Shown here: positions 56,384 through 64,000 of the stretch, in pieces
How positions within the stretch are numbered: the stretch's first letter is position 1
Layout: every line of letters begins with the position of its first letter
Position numbers and translations under genes: made by a program
Origin: Dudresnaya verticillata
Lineage: Eukaryota
DNA length: 64,000 nucleotides
Assembly (NCBI GenBank): GCA_977862235.1
Contig: OZ374561.1
Coordinates: 2,108,001-2,172,000, forward strand
Direction of reading: 5' to 3'
The notes under the pieces: generated by a model
What the model was told of the DNA's origin: nothing
Seen by the model: the letters and a program-made list of their open reading frames with translations, nothing else
Database searches by the model: none

Positions 56384-58494
56384 GGCGCACCCCGCGCTGC
56401 GTTCGCTCCGCGCTCGGGCGGGAGGCACGACGGGGTGGGTGGGGCGTGGGGGCGACGTCGCGAGGCTCTCGCTGGGCGCCGCGGACTGTCAGGTGACTGC
56501 CGCGAGGGGCTTCCCTTTCGTTTGGGGGTGGCCTGCTGCTGCAGAATACAGCAATGCCCCGAATGCTCTGCCAATGAATTTGCGGGAGAATTTGCGACTG
56601 TCCTGATCGATCTGCGTTGGGCGCTTGGCCGGACGGCCGATGGTTGTCCGGAGCCTTCTCTCCCCCGACGCCGTTCCCCGTTTGCCCCGGGTCCCGCTGG
56701 CCTGGCCCCGAAACAGGGTGTTCACGATGCTTTTGAAGACGGCTTCGGTTTTGCCGATACCGACGGACAGTTATCCCATTAGGGATTGCTTTCGTGGTGG
56801 AACGCTGTATCTCTGCGAAAGCCCTATTCTCGTACCATGACCTGCTATTCAGACTGCAACCATGGCCAGGATCACGTTACCTCTGCCTTGTAAGGGGCAA
56901 TAACCTTACTTCTACCAATCTGTCAATTCGATGCTCGTATTGGTGACCTAGCCTTCTGCGGCCTTGGGAGCTGGTCATGAGCAGATGTACCTTTCACTAG
57001 CATGACATTCAAGCCCCTCGGCCAACTTTTGAGTATGTTATAGCTCTCGTAAATCCTAAATCCGTGACTCAATGTTTGTGAGCCACAGCTTGCTCTTCCA
57101 CCCGAGAGGTCCTACTAAATCTAAACCCGAAACAATCTTCAGAAACCGTACACGGAAGGACACCTTCTTGAGACGATGCTGGAATAAATTGCCAGCAGGC
57201 ACGCTTCTTTTTGATGAGATTTTGTTAGAGTTCCCCTTAGACTTTGTTTCAGCATACACACATACCGTTGTCAAGAGTACAACCTAGCGGTTCGCGGTGC
57301 GCTAGATGGCATCATTAAGTGCACTACAGGTCAGAGTTGCTTGATTATTTATCCCTTCTTTTGGTAGTTGCGGTCCTACTGTCGCTACGCTAAATGTTAG
57401 TACAAAATCACGAGAAGTCGTACGGACGCTGCGAACAAGAGAACCGCGGACTTTCCAGTTGTCAACAAGAAGGGCATTACAGACATTTGGACATGTGCCA
57501 CGAAGGTCGGGCAAAGTTTTACGCATAGATTTTGAACTGGTCATATAAGATCGCGATGGATGCATCTTCTCATCGTATGTGCAATAATTACACCTCTACT
57601 AGGGAATGAAAAGCAAAAATATCTCGGGTTAACATACAAAACCCTGTTGCAAATCCTTAGATAAATGCTCTCTTTGATTACAATCTTAACGAATCGCCAA
57701 GCTGCGATGGAGAGATCCCATGAACTTTTCCGAGAATAACATTTCAGTGCTTTTCTTAGCATTGCAAAGGTGCTGGAGAAGACCTGCAAACGCGCGTGAT
57801 TTGTATATCATATACAGTATATATAGCCCAGGTCCCAGAGTGGATGTCAGCCACAGCTAGTACTGTATGCAGTAGCGGTCACTGGCTGGAAAGTGTATAT
57901 GTTGAATAACGATGTGGCCCTAAAGGTAATAAAAGGCCCAAGACGAAATGCTCCAAAAGTTGAAAATTTTCAAGATGTTCTTTTACATAGTGCAAACTTA
58001 CAATTAGGGGTGTCCGGGCTGCAATCGCCTGATTCGAGGGAACGTGACGATAGCTCCAGTACGTATAATCTCACACATATTCCTGTTTCGTCTGGCTTGA
58101 GTGCAGGAGTTGACAAAATGATCCATTACCCTTGTACTGGAAGCATTCTATCTGCATTCGTACGATGGTCGGACAATGGAAACACCGTCACAATATACAC
58201 AGGTGGCGTCGCATCAAATGTTTTGATGCGCGAGAGCCCATAATATCTGGCTACAAGTAATTCACTTGCTCTGCCTGATTCATGACATTCGCAGCTGTTC
58301 TAAACCGCAATGGGTAATTAGAACACTTTACGAGGCAAGGCAACTGTATTGGAATTGGTCGCGTGCTGTAAGACAACATTGCGGGCAGCAGAGGTGCCGC
58401 TGAGACAGAGTTACTCGGGCTGATCAAGCCTCGGCGATTTCACTAACGCTCTGAATTATCCTGATGGTAGCTAGCATTGCTAGGGGTAGCAGAC

Positions 58495-58558
58495 ACAGTT
58501 TAGAGCTGCTTTCTACAGCGATGCTACAGCATCGCTGTAGAAAGCAGCTCTAAACTGT
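58495..58558. repeat. Perfect 31-bp inverted repeat with 2-nt spacer (possible MITE/Tc1-mariner remnant)
   Basis: ACAGTTTAGAGCTGCTTTCTACAGCGATGCT ac AGCATCGCTGTAGAAAGCAGCTCTAAACTGT. Confidence 0.9.
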
Positions 58559-61500
58559 ATGGTTTGAAAAATCCCCTCCCGTCCCTCGAAACCCCCTATA
58601 AAATTTCCCCTTTCTCTACATGCGTGTTCCAAGGAAACAAGCAGAAGCTTAAAGGAGGAACTTTTCTTGGAACGGAAACATTGTCTGGAGCTCTAAGACA
58701 CTCGGTCGAATAGTTTTCTTTGCTTACAATGCGAGAAGAACTTCGAACAAGCCTTTCAATACCATGTTTTTACCCCTTCGATGGTATTCTCTTACCAGCG
58801 CATTTGCGTGAGCGCCGTGCCGGGTGCGGGAAACAGGAAAGTGTACCGTGCTCCATAATAATAATAAAACAAACAAAACCAGCTATTAAAAAAATGAAAC
58901 GACAAAAGAAGAAGAGGTCTCTTGCCAGGCGTCGGCTGGTATATTTCGTTTGGTTGTGAATACGAATGAGGTATTAAAGAAAACAATCAGAAATACTTGA
59001 CGGTCGGACTTCGCGGAAGAGCTGCCGCACGTGAGCTACATATGTATTTCGTGATAAAAGGAGGGTAGTGTGGACAGGCAGCAGGAAAATCCGTGCAAGC
59101 AATGCCGGTGAAAGCTGCATTTCGTATTATCTATGGGTGGCTACCTCCACCCCTGTGACAGGGGCCCTGTCCTTGCCCTGCGCTCACCCTCCTAGTACAG
59201 TATCCGATGCCCCACACTCACGCAGCGCATTAGTGCTGGTGGGCCCGCACGCCGGCGTGCGCGGTCTTGGCGTGCGCGATGGCAGGTTCGCACTGCGCCG
59301 GGTCACGACTGGATGGGTAAGAGAGCGCAGGACCCCAAGCAAAATAGCCGCACGGATAGCGAACTATTGAGGCTTTAAAGACTGGCCGCTACGTTTGCAA
59401 TTGCTTACGTTTTAGAGCAAAGAGCCTTTCTCTGTGGTCAATTTTGCAGGTTTTGCGGCCCATCCCTTTGTACATTTGCTTGGATTATCGAAACTCTTCT
59501 CAAGAAACTGGGTTATCGCCTTTCATGGCTGATGCCAGCAGCTCCATCCTCTCTATAAAATATTCCAAATACTTCCGACGTAATGTACGTTGGCAACCTC
59601 TAATTTGTAGTTCAGTACTGCTTAGTGATGTGTGCGGATTGCTTTCGAGAGTAAAGCATAAGTAGTACAGCAGTGCAGTACAGCAAGTTCCGCACTCCTA
59701 GTTTCCAAAAACGTCCTGCTACTGCAGCATGTACAGAAAAACAAAACAAAGCATCAGTCATGGAGGAAATGCTCTTCAAACCAGAGCCTTGCTGCCATGT
59801 GCGCGCAACTACGACGTGTTACTTTTCCTGAGGTTACGGTCAGATGCGTCAAACAGATTGCGAATCGAGTATTCAATTCATTGCGGCCTTGGGCTTGCAA
59901 GAGCTTCCTTGATCCCCTTCTCAAGCATTGTCAATGGTGTTTAGGACAGGCTTTCTCTTGCTGAAGACCTGAAAACCTTTTCCCTTGGCCGTTGAGAGCT
60001 GTTACCGGCATGGATGCCTGTCACCCACTGGTGAACTACAATCACAGAAGTATGGCCATTTCATCAATGTCACACGTGGTATGACCAGTAGTGCATCTTA
60101 CTAACAGAAATAAGCTCGAGAGCTCACAGGACGGGACTTGATAGTAACTGTTGACGGTAACCGACTTAACTCATCAGGAGACATCACTCATGATTACACA
60201 GCCTCTCAAACAAAGCCGACGAATGTGCAAGTGTATCGAGCTTCTAACCGTACCAATTTCGTGCAGTTTGTAGAATAGCGCTGTAGTAGTGCTCCAGAAT
60301 AGTACAGTACGGTTCCACTACATATGCTGTCCAAATTGAGTCCTGGAAGCGCAAGTCTTTTTTTCTTTATGCGCATGTATAGCTCTGCTTCCAGAGCATA
60401 TCGAACCGGCGAACGTTCTATTCGATATTGCAACTGCTGAGGTATCATGGAGCGCATTCTCATTCCCTTCGAGTACCAACTAGCTGTCAATGAAAGTACT
60501 GCTGTTCAGTAACGCAAGGAAAGCAGAGATACCTTATTGCGACCCGTTGTATTTATCGAAAGGCCTCTCTAGCGAGAGAATTGGCAACATTATTAATGTC
60601 CTGAATCCAACGCCTTGAATAGCAGTGTCCTGCTGTACAGCATAGAGTAGATAGTACCATAGCCATAGTGTTATGTAGTAACGTCGTGCACTTCCCTGCC
60701 CAGTAGGTATCGTTTTTAGGCTGCCCATACATTGTGCAGCACATTGTTCTACGCCAATTAGCCGTAGTAAATAGGATTTGGCATTTGCATTTGTTGCATG
60801 TCGCCAACAAAATCTGTAACTATCATGCAAGTTCCTCCAGTCAGCTACTTCTCGAGACTGCAAGCTTTTGAAACTGCCTACTTGGAGCACCAGCTTTGTT
60901 GTGATTGATAAAATGCATTATCAGCCTGTCTCTCGCATCATTTTTGTTGATGATGCAAAGATGCGACGAGAATAGCAACAAATAAATACACAGAAGCACC
61001 GTAAAGCATGGATAAAGCTCAACATTGAATGGTGTACCAAGTTCTATTTCTATTTAACTGAAGACAAGGATTGAGGCGTTGAGGAACTAACGGGTTTAGG
61101 GGGCCTGGGATAATACTGGATATATGAGGTGGGTTTCAGCATTATCTTCTCCCAGCTAATGATGGCCGCATAATGACTGTTATTAAGTATCAACGGTTGC
61201 TCTTCTGCAGTAGGCGACTCCTGCAAATACAGTAGCACTGATTTCGTTCAGTTGTAGTTGCTGCGATGATGTCAACAGCAATGAGGGTCCACAACATAAT
61301 TCCATAGCTATCGACCGAAACGCACCCATCCAGACAAGCATAGAGAAGCTGTAACAGAAACGCGTGAGGACCGTTGTCTATACTGTCCAAAGGCTTCAGC
61401 AACCGGTATCCTGCCCTCGAACATGTTGCCAGGGTTGTCTGTTGAGTAGAAACGACAACTCCGTGTCGTGCCAGATTGTGACTCATTCTCAGAGAGCTGC

Positions 61501-62448
61501 GTAGCGTGTTGTGGCACAGTTATTGAAAGTCTCTCTGGACGGATTCTAGACGTGAATTGGCTTCATGTGAAATTGTCAAACGCCGTATCGATTTGAAACA
61601 CTATCAACTGAAGCTATCGAGTGTTGCAGAAATCCTACTATCCAGGTCAGCCCTATGCAACAATAGAACTGGAAGTAGTGTGAAGCCTTAGTGTCAATAG
61701 TAGCCTTCTGTTGATAACAGCATCCCACCGACGCCTACAGTATTATGGGACAAACTCGTAATGTAAGGCGAAAGAGCGGACTACACTGCAGTTCTTCACC
61801 CTCTTCAGTCTTCCATGCAAAGCTCGGGATCTGGAACAACTTCCGACATTTCTCCTGTACACTCCTGTGACAACTCCGGCATCGTGTGCTTAACATGGCC
61901 TACCGAATGACGGTAGTCGCGCGAGCTCTTCGCAAAAAGTGCTGAGTGTGCACGGCAGGACACACATGACTCATACCTGAGCATGATTCGATCCGTTTAT
62001 CTTATCGTTCTCAGTTTACAGCTACAAGTACAGTAGTATCAATAACAGCTAGCAATGAATTACTTGTTGGCGTAAGTGATTGGAGGGAGAGCCCGCTTGC
62101 ATACACTCCTCTGGACTATGCACATGTTCATGTTGCCTTGCAGCGCTCCATCTTGGGCTATCAGATGAATTCGAGTAGCTTGCAATGGGCAAGTATTTCG
62201 TCCTTTGTGAAGTAATCAACGATGCCACTGCAGCAGAGGTACTTCAGAAACGAGCAGAAGCGGGATGGGGTATCGCTAACTTTCCCAGGAGCTAGTGGCG
62301 GAGAATTATTGATTGTCATCCAACTTGTTCGTACTTCCGAAGAACTACAAGACAGGCCGCCCAAGGAATCGAAAAGAGTTTCTCCTTTTGTTCTCAAAAC
62401 TCCAGTCTTTGCCGGCCTTACTCGTTAAGAGATTGGGGCTGGAAAGTA

Positions 62449-63444
62449 ATGGTGTTGCCCAGCAAATCATCGTCATATAGAATCGCAAACCTAACCGTCT
62501 TCATTGTCCTGGCGAGTTGTGCTTTCCATTGCAATGCGCATGAGCTCACTGTGAAATTCAATGAAGGTCTGTGCCTGGAGAGCGCTTATGCGGAAGCTCA
62601 ACTGCTAGAAGAAGGTGCCTGCAACAAAAATCTATTACAGAGTGCAATTGCTTGTGGATGCTTGCAAAGGTTCAGGTCAGGTAATGAAGCAGCCACTGCG
62701 AAATGTCGTGAGTTTCTCAGTCCAGATCTCAACGAATACCAGGAACATTGTACTAGGTTCGTGAGTGGAGGGGGTTTGCGGGAACAAGAGCTGCAGACTG
62801 CTCTCTCAAGCCATGGTGAGAATTGCTTTCCGAAACATTTTCGCGACGCCATGGACAGGCCTCTTCGGAACGCAACTGGCCATGTTGTTGAGGCATGCTG
62901 GCTCACGCTTCTGCGCGTGACTCTGGATCCGTTCGTGCAGAGTGAACAACAACTGGAGTCATCAGTACACAAACAAGACACTGAAACTTTGATCAATAGC
63001 AGCACAGTAAGGCGCAAGACGGTTAAGACTTGCTCCAATTCGGGTTTCTCTTTTCGAACACGAGAGGGTGGCTTTCTATGGAAGATTACACGGAAGTGCA
63101 GATGCCGAAGAGTGAAATGCAACTGCTTTTCGCAGACTCTGAAATGCTTCTGCCATTGTGTCGTGCAGAGGAGGAAAAGACGGTGCAACTGCCAAGAACG
63201 AAAAATCTGCAATCGCCAAACGGGTTGCAATCGGATTAGACGATGTTGTTGCTGCCCGAGCTGGCAACAAACCCGTCGAAGAGTTCCAACAAGACCCCCA
63301 ATACCACCACCAACGCAGCCTCCAAATCACAGCAGCATTCCTGCCCGCTTCGTACTCGGGACCCGTGATAGTCGATCCTCGTTTAGACACAAATCCCTTC
63401 GACTTGCATACTACAATTGGCCGCTAACCTCTGGAGACGAATGA
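62449..63444 (+). CDS. Cys/Arg-rich secreted-family precursor, copy 3
   Basis: Signal peptide (LTVFIVLASCAFHCNA), a prodomain C.K..L..A.ACGC.Q...C...L.PDL.....HC..F...LS.....CFP shared with copy 2, a 16-Cys cationic tail and a Pro-rich end. Confidence 0.85.
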   Translation: MVLPSKSSSYRIANLTVFIVLASCAFHCNAHELTVKFNEGLCLESAYAEAQLLEEGACNKNLLQSAIACGCLQRFRSGNEAATAKCREFLSPDLNEYQEHCTRFVSGGGLREQELQTALSSHGENCFPKHFRDAMDRPLRNATGHVVEACWLTLLRVTLDPFVQSEQQLESSVHKQDTETLINSSTVRRKTVKTCSNSGFSFRTREGGFLWKITRKCRCRRVKCNCFSQTLKCFCHCVVQRRKRRCNCQERKICNRQTGCNRIRRCCCCPSWQQTRRRVPTRPPIPPPTQPPNHSSIPARFVLGTRDSRSSFRHKSLRLAYYNWPLTSGDE

Positions 63445-64000
63445 AAAACATACTGTGCTACGACGCCAAACAGATCGCCTACGTGCTCTGCTTCCTTCGA
63501 AGCTTTGGTGGGTGAATGCCAACACCTCTACTCCTTTCTTTGGAAGCTAACAAAAAGCCTCTGAGGGAGCGTGAAATATTGGACCCCAGTGCTACGCATT
63601 GCACTATGGCCTACGACAAAGAAATACAGTCACAAAAATTAACTTTGCCCTTTGCTTAGTCTGGTGCCGCTCGAAGCTCTCCTTCGCATCCTCTCCACGC
63701 CCCTGCGAGCGTTGTAACAACCCAAAAGCTATCCAAATAGCGGTCGAAAACATTTTGAGGCTAACGGAAGTTGGGCGAACTACAAAATGTAGTCTACAAT
63801 CAACAGACACGCATAGCACATAGCACGCAGGTGCACACCATACAAAGAAACTCTTACACAGTCCTGGGGCAGCCACGGGGCCATCGGCCAAATCCTGAAG
63901 AGAAAACGAACCGAATGCGTTCCAAATCGGTCCCTCGTGCGACCACTGGCACCCTCCAACACACCTACGGCTTATAAATTTAGAGCTGCATCCTACTGGT

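Noticed and set aside
58498..58555. GTTTAGAGC resembles the start of a type II CRISPR repeat (also GTTTTAGAGC near 59409)
   Set aside because: There is no repeat-spacer array and no cas gene, and the context is eukaryotic. A short match is expected by chance.
61190..61486. VDSYGIMLW resembles protein-kinase subdomain IX
   Set aside because: No other kinase motifs were seen nearby, so it is probably coincidence.

Overview
Eukaryotic nuclear DNA from a compact, intron-poor genome, almost certainly a red alga (probably a florideophyte). The evidence is a nuclear-encoded phycobilisome linker and Psb27 with plastid transit peptides, mostly single-exon genes, and short GT-AG introns. The window holds about 24 protein genes and two tRNAs (Gly-GCC, Ser-AGA). 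Recognisable genes include RPS7, FolD, prefoldin 4, a BRWD/PHIP-like protein, HAUS4, a LIN52-like protein, a mitochondrial TatB-like protein, TMEM53, a WDR44-like protein, an NAD/folate-type mitochondrial carrier and two GT27 GalNAc-transferases. Four observations stand out. (1) Three dispersed paralogues form an unrecognised secreted precursor family. The two complete copies have a signal peptide, a conserved 6-Cys prodomain and a variable cationic Cys-ladder C-terminus, and all three sit in gene-poor lower-GC islands. (2) An SPX phosphate-sensor domain is fused to an apparently catalytically dead PCO/ADO thiol-dioxygenase fold. (3) A fascin-like beta-trefoil is fused to a START/SRPBCC domain. 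(4) There is a perfect 31-bp inverted repeat. All family assignments are by eye from remembered motifs; no searches were run.
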